Of a stretch of 64,000 nucleotides of DNA, positions 20,261-30,452 are shown in pieces. The notes beneath the pieces were generated by a model that did no database searches, was not told the origin of the DNA, and was given only the letters and a program-made list of their open reading frames with translations. The translations under genes were made by a program, and so were the position numbers. Source of the DNA: Spirochaetia bacterium (lineage in GTDB: Bacteria > Spirochaetota > Spirochaetia > CADAEX01); the NCBI GenBank assembly GCA_963662265.2, contig CAXXHA010000011.1, positions 64,001 to 128,000 on the forward strand. Direction: 5' to 3'. The stretch's first letter is position 1. Each line of letters starts with the position of its first letter.

Positions 20261-21271
20261 ATGACAAGATTCAACAAAATCTTCAACATTTTTTTCATCG
20301 TTGCTCTTGTAATTACTGTGTTTAATGCTCCATGCGGTGGAAGCAATGAGGCAGCAAGCAAAGATGAGGTATTTGAATTAAAACTGGGACATGTCGCAGA
20401 GCCTGACAATCCCTATGCTCTTGGCGCAGCAAAACTGGCGGAACTCATGGAAGAAAGGACTGACGGAAAGGTGAAAATCAGTATTTTCCCGAGCAGTCAG
20501 CTTGGCAACCAGGAAAAACTTATTGAAAGTCTTGTTTTCGGCAGTATTGATTTTGCCATGACAACAACTGCTGTTCTGGGACAGTTCGAGCCGAACCTTC
20601 TTGTATTCGGTTATCCCTACATGTTTGAAACAAGGGATCATGCATATAAAGCACTCGATACTGTTGGAATTGAAGTTGCAAAAAACCTTGAAAGCAAAGG
20701 TGTAAAAATTCTCGGTTTTTATGAAAACGGAATAAGACACATGATTAATAACAAGGTTCCGATAAAAAAACCTGCAGATATGAAAGGTCTCAAGATGCGT
20801 GTTATGACAACACCAGTTTATGTTGAACTGATGAAATCACTGGGAGCTGACCCTACACCAATGTCATTCGGTGAAGTATATTCTGCATGTTCAACAGGAA
20901 CAGTAGACGGCCTTGAAGTACCAGCAGTACATATCTGGCAGAAAAGGTTTTTTGAAGTCAATAAATATGTTTCTCTGACAGGTCATACATATGAATCAGA
21001 ACCTCTTACAATGTCTATGAAAACATGGAACAAACTTCCTGAAGAATACAGAGAGATCCTTACACAGGCTGTAAAAGAATCTCTTGATTATGCAAGAAAC
21101 CTTGCAAGGGAACAGGAAGCAGGGTTCTTTAAAAATATTGTTGATTCAGGAAAGACAGAGATTATTGAAGTTGACAGATCCATTTTTGCAGAAGAAACAA
21201 AAGCAGTATGGGATAAACTTGCAACAAAAGAAAGTCCTGCTCTGATTGAAAAAATACAGAGCCTTCGCTGA
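20261..21271 (+). CDS. dctP: TRAP transporter substrate-binding protein DctP
   Basis: LKLGHV, FPSSQLG, ENGIRH, DMKGLKMRV, PTPMSFGEVY and GTVDGLE motifs; AGGAG RBS before ATG 20261. Confidence 0.92.
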   Translation: MTRFNKIFNIFFIVALVITVFNAPCGGSNEAASKDEVFELKLGHVAEPDNPYALGAAKLAELMEERTDGKVKISIFPSSQLGNQEKLIESLVFGSIDFAMTTTAVLGQFEPNLLVFGYPYMFETRDHAYKALDTVGIEVAKNLESKGVKILGFYENGIRHMINNKVPIKKPADMKGLKMRVMTTPVYVELMKSLGADPTPMSFGEVYSACSTGTVDGLEVPAVHIWQKRFFEVNKYVSLTGHTYESEPLTMSMKTWNKLPEEYREILTQAVKESLDYARNLAREQEAGFFKNIVDSGKTEIIEVDRSIFAEETKAVWDKLATKESPALIEKIQSLR

Positions 21272-21295
21272 TAAATATAGGGGAACAGGATTTAG

Positions 21296-21812
21296 ATGAA
21301 TGATAAATTTTTAAGAAACATTGAAAAGATTAATTATATTCTTGAAAAGGTTTCTGTTGTATTAATGCTATTCCTGCTTTTTCTTACTTTTGCTAATGTC
21401 GTGGGGCGGTATGTATTCAGCCGCTCCATATTCTTTGCCGATGAAATGGCCAGGTTTATATTTGTCTGGATTGTATTTCTGGGCATAGCAAAAATTGTAA
21501 AAGATAAAAGACAGGTTGCTGTAACATTGTTAAGCGACAGGTTGTCAGGTACAGCTTCTGGTTTCATACTTGAAAGTTTTATTGCAGTATGCGGACTGGT
21601 TTTTTTTAATCATTGTTTTTGTAGGGGGGATAATACTTTCCAGGACAATGATGTTCTACAGCAGCGCAGCGCTTACAATTCCCATGGGGATTGTATATCT
21701 GGCCATACCTCTGGGATCAGGGCTTACTATTGTTTTTCATATTCTTAATTATATTGAGTTTGTTCTCAATCACATCGAAAAACAGAAATCTGTAAAACCG
21801 GAGGTCATGTAA
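21296..21812 (+). CDS. dctQ: TRAP small permease DctQ, frameshift at T8 run 21600-21607
   Basis: NVVGRYVF, DEMARFIFVWIVFLG, then SAALTIPMGIVYLAIPLG in a second frame. Confidence 0.85.
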
Positions 21813-23091
21813 TGACATATTTTATATTTTTCGGAATTCTTCTCGGTTTTATATTTCTGGGAGTCCCGATAGCATATGCGCTCGGGCTTTCAACAGTATA
21901 TCTGCTTATAGCGGAACTTGAAGTGCCTCTGGTTCTGATTGCCCAGAACATGTTTTCCGCAACCAATTCCTATGAATTCCTGGCAATACCTTTTTTTCAT
22001 GCTGGCTGGAGCCTTTATGTCGCACGGCGGGGTTACGAAAAATTTGATTAATTTTTCGCAATCACTTGTAGGTCACTACAGGGGAGGCCTGGCGCAGGTT
22101 GTAGCAGTTTCAGGAATATTTTTCGGCGCAATATCAGGGTCTGCAGCAGCAGTAACAGCTGCTATCGGCGCTATAATGATTGATGTAATGGAAAAGAAGG
22201 GGTATTCAAGACCATTTACAGCTGCTGTTGTTGCGGCGGGAGGAAATGGTCGGTATTGTAATACCACCAAGCATTACACTTGTTGTTTACGGTGTAATAG
22301 CAGGGGTTTCAATCGGCGACCTTTTTCTCGGGGGATTCGGACCCGGAGTAATGTACGGCCTTTCCATGCTTGCATTAAGTTATTTTATATGCCGCAAGAA
22401 CGGCTGGGGCGGAGAAGGATCTTTCAGCTGGAAAAATGTAGGCAAGAGCTTTGTGGGAAGTTTCTGGGCCCTGTTAATGCCTGTAATTATCCTGGGCGGT
22501 ATATACGGAGGGATTTTTACCCCGACAGAAGCAGCCGCAGTTGCTTCAATATATGCGCTGTTTGTAGGTTTCTTCATATACAAGGAACTGAAAATAAAGG
22601 ATCTTCCCAAAATCGTTGCTCAGGCTATATACGGGACAGTTGTAATAATGTTTATTGTTGCTGCAGCAAAAGTATTCGGGTATGCAATAACTTCTGCCCA
22701 GATACCGCATAAGCTGGGGATGTTTATAACAACAGTAGCTCCAAACAAATATGTTTTCCTGATATTTGTAAATGTGATTCTACTTATGCTTGGGACACTG
22801 GTTAATCCGTCTGCTGCTGTAGTAATACTCACACCAATTCTTTACCCTGTTGCAATGGAATTCGGCATAGATCCTGTTTTCTTCGGTGTTCTTATGATCT
22901 GTAACCTTGCAATTGGTAATATTACACCGCCTGTAGGACTTGACCTTTTTGTTGTAAGCGCGGTAACAAAACTGAGTATTGATAAAATTGCAAAGGCAAT
23001 TTATCCGTATATCGGGATACTTGTCATGCAGGTATTTGTCTTTACTTTCTTTCCTCAGATAATAACATTCCTACCGAATTTATTTAAATAA
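21812..23091 (+). CDS. dctM: TRAP large permease DctM, two frameshifts (~21995, ~22243)
   Basis: GVPIAYALG, LAIPFF, FFGAISGSAAA, IPPSI, GIFTPTEAAA and ITPPVGL across three ORFs. Confidence 0.9.
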
Positions 23092-23102
23092 ATAATATAT
23101 AT

Positions 23103-23137
23103 GGGTTTTCCTGTTAAGGGAGAACCCTTTGTTTTTT
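23103..23137 (+). terminator. Rho-independent terminator
   Basis: gggttttcc/ggagaaccc stem plus T tract after dctM. Confidence 0.65.
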
Positions 23138-23365
23138 AGATTTACTATCTGGTATTATTAAAAGTATTTCTGAATAATCTATTTTGCTGCAGTATTGAAA
23201 CAAAAACATAATATCCATTAATTGCTGATATGAAAATAATTTTTACTGCAGCAAAGCTTTTATAATCATGAAATATTCTTCACCTGGTGTTTATTATTAT
23301 ATGCCTGTTTGAAATCAGGAAAAATAAGTCATAAAATTAATAATATAAATGTCAGGAGTGCTGAA

Positions 23366-23611
23366 ATGAAAATAATCACTCTTATCATTATAGCTGTAAT
23401 TATTTCTGCAGTTATATCAAGAAATATCGAGAAAAAAGAGGATATAAATACTGCACTTGAACATGTGAAGCAAAAATATCCCCTTGTTGTAACCTATTTA
23501 CTGGATCCCGGTAAGAAGTATAAATTTGTACTCCTTTTCAGTGATGATGTCAGCGAATCATACAGGAAAGAAGCCACTGATTTCTTTTACATGGAACTTG
23601 AAAGAGTCTAG
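23366..23611 (+). CDS. Small hypothetical protein with N-terminal hydrophobic segment
   Basis: AGGAG RBS before ATG 23366 (MKIITLIIIAVIISAV...). Confidence 0.45.
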   Translation: MKIITLIIIAVIISAVISRNIEKKEDINTALEHVKQKYPLVVTYLLDPGKKYKFVLLFSDDVSESYRKEATDFFYMELERV

Positions 23612-23828
23612 TTTTATGAAGTTTTAATAGAGTGTAGTTGCATGGAGCATGAAAGATTCCGGTAATCATGCCCTGAATTAAAAACAAATAATCCACTTGT
23701 ATTAATATCCTCTTCAAGCAAATCAATGAAATATTCATTCTGCAGAATATGAAAAGATATATTATAATTAGCCAGAAGCCGCATTTAATATTGTGCATCA
23801 TTTTAACTATTAAACAGGAGACAGTTAT

Positions 23829-25109
23829 ATGAAGTCTGACAAGATAAAAAAGTGGAAGGACGAGATGACTTTTCATCTGGAGAATGAGCTTCTTCCATTC
23901 TGGAAGGAAAGATGCCTTGATGCAGATAACGGGGGATATATTACTCAGTTTGACACAGACGGTAATGATACAGGTTGTGACGAAAAATCCCTTCTGGCGC
24001 ATATGAGGACTGTATATTCTCTTTCCCTTGCCCACAAATACGGTTTTGATAAAGACAGTGTATGCCTGAACCTTGCAAGACAGGGTGTTTATCATGCTGT
24101 CAGAAACTACTGGGACCATGAGTACGGCGGCTTTTACTGGCTTTTCAACAGGAAGAACGAGGTTGTTATAGACAAGAAGATTATATACGGTCTCAGTTTT
24201 GCAATATATGCTCTTTCCACATTCACAACTGTTTCAGGTGATAAAACAGGTATTGAATATGCACAGAAATGTTTCGACCTTCTCCAGATACATTGTTCAG
24301 ATACATTTGACGGCGGTTACTGGGAAATGTTTCACCGTGACTGGACTCTGTGCAGCCCCGGAAGCGGCGGGGGAGACCGCAAGACCCTTGATGTGCATAT
24401 GCATCTGATGGAGGCTTACACAGCACTTTATGCATGCAGCAAAAAGGAGCTCCACCGGAGGAAGCTTAATGAAATCATTGATATCCTGATTAAAAGAATA
24501 ATGCACCCTGATTTCGGAGGGGGAATCCCCCAGTTTTTCAAAGACTGGACTGTAGCCCCCCAGATCAAGTTTGATATTATCTGGGGATGGGACAGGTTTA
24601 CAGGGGAGAAGCAGGAAAAGGAAAATGTATTTGACAATACATCATACGGGCACAATGTTGAGTTTTTCTGGCTTCTTGTCGAGGCATTAAGGGTAATGGA
24701 TGATGATCTTCATAAATATGATGATCTTTTCGGAAAAATACTCTCTACAGCTGTAAATACAGGAATAGACAGAGAATTCGGAGGCGTATATGTCGAAGGT
24801 TCTCATGACGGTAAGCTGGTTTATGACAGAGGCAAGGAATTCTGGCAGCAGGCTGAATTCCTTACCGGAATGCTTGATGCATACCTTTTATACAATGATG
24901 AAAAATACCTTGATGCATATGAAAATGTCCATGATTTTGTGATGAAGCATATGATTAAACATGAAGTGGGCGAGTGGTGGCCTCTTCTGACACGGGAGGG
25001 GGAACCTGTCTGGACACACATGAGCCATTCCTGGAAGGTAAACTACCATACAATCAGGGCTGCTGTTTTAACAGTAGACAGGCTGGAGAAAATCCTTAAA
25101 AAACAATGA
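23829..25109 (+). CDS. AGE family (cellobiose 2-epimerase-like) epimerase/isomerase
   Basis: WDHEYGGFYW, HMHLMEAY, SYGHNVE, WQQAE and WKVNYHTIR motifs of the (alpha/alpha)6 AGE superfamily. Confidence 0.88.
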   Translation: MKSDKIKKWKDEMTFHLENELLPFWKERCLDADNGGYITQFDTDGNDTGCDEKSLLAHMRTVYSLSLAHKYGFDKDSVCLNLARQGVYHAVRNYWDHEYGGFYWLFNRKNEVVIDKKIIYGLSFAIYALSTFTTVSGDKTGIEYAQKCFDLLQIHCSDTFDGGYWEMFHRDWTLCSPGSGGGDRKTLDVHMHLMEAYTALYACSKKELHRRKLNEIIDILIKRIMHPDFGGGIPQFFKDWTVAPQIKFDIIWGWDRFTGEKQEKENVFDNTSYGHNVEFFWLLVEALRVMDDDLHKYDDLFGKILSTAVNTGIDREFGGVYVEGSHDGKLVYDRGKEFWQQAEFLTGMLDAYLLYNDEKYLDAYENVHDFVMKHMIKHEVGEWWPLLTREGEPVWTHMSHSWKVNYHTIRAAVLTVDRLEKILKKQ

Positions 25110-25159
25110 GTAACGCCAGATTTACACGGGTAAGCTGTAAAATGCAGGATAAATACTGC

Positions 25160-26173
25160 CTATAAAAGGGGGCAGGATTTTCTTATTATAAGCTCAGGTT
25201 CAATAATAATATTTGAGGGTTTTTCCTCTTTATCCTTTATCTGCTTGAGAAGTTCCGCTGTCGCAATTTCGCCTAGTCTGTATTTAGGCTGGTGTATTGT
25301 TGTCAGCGGAATTCTGTACCTTTCTGAGAAGTATATATCATCATAACCAAGGACTGCCACTTTATCAGGGACTGCTATTCCCGAGTCAAGAAGACCGTCG
25401 ATGAGTCCGAATGCTGCAAAGTCGTTTAACGCGAAAATACCGCATTTGTGAGATATCTTTTTAAAATAATCAGCATGTTCTATTGCAAAGCTGTAGCCGT
25501 CCTCCTGCCTGTTTATGCCGGTGAAAAGTTTTACAATCCTGTTTTCCCCTTTGTGCCGGTCAGCTTCTCTGTAGAATCCCTCGACCCTGTCATCTGCGGT
25601 CTGGTGTTCAAAGCCTTTCAGGCACATGATTTCTCTGTAATTGTTTTCAAAAAGCAACTTTGTCCCGATTTCACCCCCCTTTATGTTGTCGGAAGTGACA
25701 ATTGAATGGCTGTTGCCGCTGCTTCTGTAATTCATCAGCACTACAGGGGTACTGCTTTTTTTCAGCATATCAAAGGCAGGAGTTTCTGTATCAATAGGGG
25801 TAATCAGAAGGCCGTCTATATGGTTTAGCAGCAGGTTGTTGACTATTTCCTGCTCCTTTTCCCTCTGCCAGTTTGAACTGGTCAGAAACATTATAAATCC
25901 GTTTTTATGAAGCTCCGATTCAATTCCCCTTGCTATTTCCGTGAAAAAGGGATTTGAGAGATCTTCGATTACTACACCTATGATGTTTGAGCTTTTTCTG
26001 GTAAGCGCCCTTGCCAGGTTGCTCGGCTGATAATCATTTTCCTCTATGATTTTCAGGATTTTCTGCCTGGTTGTTTCATTGACCTTGTCGGAATTGTTCA
26101 GTACGCGGGAAACTGTAGCCTTGGAAACGCCGGCTATTTCAGAGATATCAAGTATTGTAAGTTTTCTGTTCAT
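25160..26173 (-). CDS. LacI family transcriptional regulator
   Basis: TILDISEIAGVSKATVSRVLN HTH; SNPFF, ND..AFG, GYDDI and LTTIHQP motifs. Confidence 0.95.
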   Translation of the reverse strand: MNRKLTILDISEIAGVSKATVSRVLNNSDKVNETTRQKILKIIEENDYQPSNLARALTRKSSNIIGVVIEDLSNPFFTEIARGIESELHKNGFIMFLTSSNWQREKEQEIVNNLLLNHIDGLLITPIDTETPAFDMLKKSSTPVVLMNYRSSGNSHSIVTSDNIKGGEIGTKLLFENNYREIMCLKGFEHQTADDRVEGFYREADRHKGENRIVKLFTGINRQEDGYSFAIEHADYFKKISHKCGIFALNDFAAFGLIDGLLDSGIAVPDKVAVLGYDDIYFSERYRIPLTTIHQPKYRLGEIATAELLKQIKDKEEKPSNIIIEPELIIRKSCPLL

Positions 26174-26174
26174 T

Positions 26175-27335
26175 TCAGTCTGTCTGCAGTTTTGTCCATT
26201 TTTCTCCGGAACTGCTGTTTTTAAGAATTGCCTCTATGAAAGCAAGTCCTGTAATACCCTGATTAGCATCAGGATAATCATATCCCGGCGCCGCTGCTTT
26301 GTCTGAGCCTGTTTTAACTGACCTGATAGTCTTAAAACCGCTTCTGTAGATATTGGCAAAGGCGCAGATCAGACCTTCCGGATGTCCTCCCGGCAGGTTG
26401 GATGCTTTCTGCGCTTCATCGCAGAGAGCAGCAGATCCTTTCCTGTAAACAGTTGATGTTCCGTCTGTATTCATTTTTTCAAGTACTTCAGGGGATTCCT
26501 GGTCCCAGAAAAGCCCCCCTTCTGTCCCGTAGATTCTTATTCTGAGTGCATTCCCCTCTCCGGAAGAGACCTGGGATGCATGCAGAATACCTCTTGCATT
26601 GCCACAATAGTGTATCAGTACAGATCCGGTATCATCAAGCGGATTTTCAGGAATATCCGCATTAAGGTCTGCGCATACTTCCTCTGGAACAAGGCCTGTT
26701 ACAGTCTGTACCAGGTTCAGTGCATGAATACCTACATCCATCATTGTACATGACGGTCCTGATATATCGGGATTGAGGTGCCATGTCTGAAAAATGTCAG
26801 GATCTTCCAGAAGTGGAGAAAGCCAACCCTGGGTATATTCAACAACAATTCTTATTATCCTTCCAATCTGTCCATCATTGACAATGTGGCGGGCCTGTTT
26901 AATCATGGGGTAGCCTGTGTAGCCGTGGGTAAGCGCGAAAAGCCTGTTCTTGTTTTCCGCGATATTCCTGATTTCCCTACACTGATCCAGGGAAATGCCC
27001 ATCGGTTTATCTGAAAATACATGAATACCTGCATTAAGAAATGCAGTGCTGATTTCATAATGTGATGAATTTGGAGATGCAACTATCACAAAATCAATCC
27101 TTTCATCTTCAGGGAGCGTTAGCTCATGTTTAATCATTGCCTTGTAATCAGTATATGATCGGTCAGGTTTTATCCCGAGTTCCTTACCCCTTATTATGCT
27201 CTTTTCAGGATCCCTTGAAAACACTCCTGATATAATTTCAGCTTCCCTGTCAAATGAGGAAGCAGTCATATGAACAAATCCTATGAATGATGTTTTACCG
27301 GCACCTATGATTCCGCCTTTGAGTTTTTTATCCAT
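26175..27335 (-). CDS. Gfo/Idh/MocA family oxidoreductase
   Basis: GIIGAG..SFIG.VH, SPNSSH, SDKP, YTGYPM, YTQGWL, DVGIHA and GHPEG motifs. Confidence 0.92.
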   Translation of the reverse strand: MDKKLKGGIIGAGKTSFIGFVHMTASSFDREAEIISGVFSRDPEKSIIRGKELGIKPDRSYTDYKAMIKHELTLPEDERIDFVIVASPNSSHYEISTAFLNAGIHVFSDKPMGISLDQCREIRNIAENKNRLFALTHGYTGYPMIKQARHIVNDGQIGRIIRIVVEYTQGWLSPLLEDPDIFQTWHLNPDISGPSCTMMDVGIHALNLVQTVTGLVPEEVCADLNADIPENPLDDTGSVLIHYCGNARGILHASQVSSGEGNALRIRIYGTEGGLFWDQESPEVLEKMNTDGTSTVYRKGSAALCDEAQKASNLPGGHPEGLICAFANIYRSGFKTIRSVKTGSDKAAAPGYDYPDANQGITGLAFIEAILKNSSSGEKWTKLQTD

Positions 27336-27410
27336 TTTGTCCCTCCATGATCTGATTCTTTTTGGAATTTCTCATTAGGTAAGCATATTCCTTTTCTGAT
27401 ACTGATATTT

Positions 27411-28469
27411 TCAGGTAATACCGAGAATTCTCCTGTTTGTATTTTCATCTGCAGCTCCACCTGCAAAGTCATCAAAAGCCCTGTCTGCAGTTTCTATTAT
27501 CATCGATTCTATAAAAGGTGCCCCCTCTCGTGCCCCCTGTTCTGCGCTTTTGATACAGCATTCCCATTCAAGTACTGCCCATGAACTGTATCCGCACTCA
27601 GTAAGAGTTGAAAACACTTTCCTGAAATCCACCTGGCCGTCTCCCAGGCTTCTGAACCTTCCTGCTCTCTGTATCCAGGGTGAATAACTTCCGTATACAC
27701 CGCTCCTTCCCGAAGGATTGAATTCAGCATCCTTCACATGGAATGCCTTTATATGGGGAGCATATATTCTGATGAATTCAATATAATCAAGGCACTGAAG
27801 AACAAAGTGGGACGGATCATAGAGTATTTTAATCCTCGGGTGGTTGTTTGAAGCTTCAAGGAACTGTTCAAAGCATAAACCGTCATGAAGATCTTCCCCG
27901 GGATGAAGTTCAAATGCAATATCAATACCGTATTCATCTGCTGTATCAAGCACAGGTTTCCATAATCTGTAAAGCTCTTTGTACCCCCGGAATACAAGAC
28001 CTTCTGGTCTCTGGGGCCATGGATAGACAAGATGCCACATTAAAGCGCCTGAAAAAGAGGGCAGTACCTTGAGTCCCAGGTTTGCTGATGCTTTTATCGA
28101 TGCCTTCATCTTCCGCACAGCCCACTGCTGCCTTGCAGAAGGGTTGTTTCTGAATTCTTTTTCTGTGAAAACATCGAAAAGCTCATCATAAGCAGGATTA
28201 ACCGCAATAAGCTGCCCGAACAGGTGGGTTGCAAGTTCTGTAATTTCAAGACCGCTGCATTGCTCTTTTATCTCATCGCAGTAGTCTTTCGATTCTGCAG
28301 CCTTGTCAATATCAATAATATGTTTTTCATTGGCTGGTATCTGTACTCCCCTGTAGCCAAGACTTTTTGCCCATCCAGTAATATCCCTGAGAGTGTTGAA
28401 TGGCTTTTCATCTGTTAAAAACTGTGCCAGAAAAATTGCAGGCCCTTTAATTTTCTCCATTTTTTCCAT
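27411..28469 (-). CDS. Sugar phosphate isomerase/epimerase (xylose isomerase-like TIM barrel)
   Basis: KGPAIFLAQF, FELHPGEDLHDG, YDPSHF, FHVKDAE, FRSLGDG and VLEWE motifs. Confidence 0.9.
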   Translation of the reverse strand: MEKMEKIKGPAIFLAQFLTDEKPFNTLRDITGWAKSLGYRGVQIPANEKHIIDIDKAAESKDYCDEIKEQCSGLEITELATHLFGQLIAVNPAYDELFDVFTEKEFRNNPSARQQWAVRKMKASIKASANLGLKVLPSFSGALMWHLVYPWPQRPEGLVFRGYKELYRLWKPVLDTADEYGIDIAFELHPGEDLHDGLCFEQFLEASNNHPRIKILYDPSHFVLQCLDYIEFIRIYAPHIKAFHVKDAEFNPSGRSGVYGSYSPWIQRAGRFRSLGDGQVDFRKVFSTLTECGYSSWAVLEWECCIKSAEQGAREGAPFIESMIIETADRAFDDFAGGAADENTNRRILGIT

Positions 28470-28527
28470 CCTTATATTAAATCATCGTGTACCGGGAGAA
28501 TTGAGTCGTAAAAAACATTGATGAGTT

Positions 28528-28547
28528 TATTGTAACCGGTTACAATA
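28528..28547. promoter_or_regulatory. LacI-type operator (perfect 20-bp palindrome)
   Basis: TATTGTAACCGGTTACAATA in the divergent intergenic region; central CG typical of LacI sites; identical core at 32457. Confidence 0.85.
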
Positions 28548-28616
28548 TATTTTAGCACAGTTCAGGTTTTGTTCAAGTATTTTGTGAAGATGCCAACATG
28601 ACAGAAGGACAGGGAA

Positions 28617-29582
28617 TTGAGAAAATATATTATAGGGATAGATATCGGGGGGACTAAAACAGCGGTTGTACTTGGAGACCCAACTCCTTCCATATATGAG
28701 CGTATCTGTTTTCCGACAGATACACAGGCAGGTCCGGAGAATACTCTCTCTAAAATATTCGATGCTGTATCAACGATGCTTGATAAAACAGGTAAAGACA
28801 ATGTCTGTTCAATCGGCATCAGCTGCGGAGGCCCACTTGACAGTAAAAAGGGGATAATTCTTTCTCCTCCAAACCTTCCCGGCTGGGATTGTATTCCTGT
28901 AAAGGAAATACTTGAGGAAAAGTTTAAAATACCTTCTTTTCTACAGAATGATGCTGATGCATGCGCCCTTGCCGAGTGGAGATGGGGTGCAGGAAGGGGA
29001 TGTCGCAACATGATATTCCTGACATTCGGCACAGGTCTGGGTGCAGGACTCATACTCAACAAACAGCTTTACAGCGGTACAAATGATATGGCAGGCGAGG
29101 CAGGGCATATAAGGCTTGAAGAAAAAGGACCTGTCGGATACGGGAAAGCAGGTTCATTTGAAGGGTTCTGCAGCGGGAGCGGAATATCACAGCTTGCATC
29201 AGAAATTATTGAAAAGAGGGAAGCTGAAAACTGCATGACCCGGTTCTGCAGGGAATTCAGGGGAAAAACAATAACAGCCAGGGATGTGTGCAGTGCATCG
29301 GATTCAGGCGATGAAGCAGCAATTGAGATTCTTGATATAAGCGGGAGATACCTGGGAAAGGGGCTTTCTGTGCTTATCGATATACTGAATCCAGAAAGGA
29401 TTGTCATCGGCAGTATATTTTCAAGATGCATGAAGCATCTTCTTCCCGCAGCTGAAGCTGTAATAAGGGAAGAGGCTTTAATTAATTCATCAGAAGTCTG
29501 CTCAATTCTTCCTGCAGCCCTCGGGGAGCAGATTGGTGATCTCGGCAGTATATGCGCGGGGGAAAGATTTTTTAAGCAGTAG
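28617..29582 (+). CDS. ROK family sugar kinase
   Basis: GIDIGGTK, GISCGGPLD, QNDADACALAE, TFGTGLGAG and AGEAGH motifs. Confidence 0.92.
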   Translation: MRKYIIGIDIGGTKTAVVLGDPTPSIYERICFPTDTQAGPENTLSKIFDAVSTMLDKTGKDNVCSIGISCGGPLDSKKGIILSPPNLPGWDCIPVKEILEEKFKIPSFLQNDADACALAEWRWGAGRGCRNMIFLTFGTGLGAGLILNKQLYSGTNDMAGEAGHIRLEEKGPVGYGKAGSFEGFCSGSGISQLASEIIEKREAENCMTRFCREFRGKTITARDVCSASDSGDEAAIEILDISGRYLGKGLSVLIDILNPERIVIGSIFSRCMKHLLPAAEAVIREEALINSSEVCSILPAALGEQIGDLGSICAGERFFKQ

Positions 29583-29591
29583 AGGTTATAT

Positions 29592-30230
29592 ATGGATGAA
29601 ATAAACAGACATATCGACAGCCTGTTATCAAGGTACAGCTGCCTGTCAGTCTGCAGATCAGATATGGAAAAGGCATATTGTATGATGAAGGTAAACTTTG
29701 AAAACGGAAGAAAGCTTATTATTTGCGGAAACGGGGGCAGCGCTTCTGATTCATCCCACATAGCAGGCGAGCTTCTGAAAGGGTTTCTTAAAAAACGGGG
29801 ACTTCCTGCTTCCGAGAAGATGAAACTGATTGATACTGATGCTGAAAGAGGAAATTACCTGGCAGAAAATCTCCAGGGTTCGCTTCCCGCAATTGCCTTA
29901 CCTTCAAATACATCTTTACTAACGGCAGTGCTAAACGATATGGATGGGAGGCTTGTATATGCCCAGCAGGTAAGAGGCTATGGTAATAAAGGTGATATTC
30001 TTATGTGTATAAGCACTTCAGGAAATGCTGAAAATGTGATAAATGCAGCAGTAACAGCAGCAGCCTCAGGACTTGAAATAATAGGACTTACAGGGGAAAG
30101 CGGGGGAGAGCTTTTAAAATTCTGCAATGCCTGCATAAGGGTACCTGCTTCATCAACAGCAGAAGTTCAGGAACTGCATTTACCTGTCTATCATACACTC
30201 TGCGCAATGATAGAGGAAACTTTTTTCTGA
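29592..30230 (+). CDS. gmhA: SIS-domain phosphoheptose isomerase (GmhA-like)
   Basis: CGNGGSASDSSHIAGEL, ISTSGNAENV, GLTG..GG and QELH..VYH.LC motifs. Confidence 0.8.
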   Translation: MDEINRHIDSLLSRYSCLSVCRSDMEKAYCMMKVNFENGRKLIICGNGGSASDSSHIAGELLKGFLKKRGLPASEKMKLIDTDAERGNYLAENLQGSLPAIALPSNTSLLTAVLNDMDGRLVYAQQVRGYGNKGDILMCISTSGNAENVINAAVTAAASGLEIIGLTGESGGELLKFCNACIRVPASSTAEVQELHLPVYHTLCAMIEETFF

Positions 30231-30452
30231 TAGAATTCCAGATGTACTGTTTTTGATCCGGGGGCAATGATTCAATTTTCTATCTACAGGCCAGTGAAAA
30301 TATTTTTTAGAGTTTTATGAAAAGTCTTTAAAGATGGATCATTAAAACCGGAATTGATTCTAATCATGATGCTTCATGGATGCAAGGCTTACGGGATCTG
30401 TTCGTTTCAGTATTTTGTATCAGATCCTGATCTGGAAAAGAAGGGTAGGTTT

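Noticed and set aside
21296-23091. Programmed frameshifting or pseudogenisation of dctQM
   Set aside because: Two of three breaks are at T7-T8 runs and motifs are intact, matching the error pattern elsewhere; sequencing error is more parsimonious.
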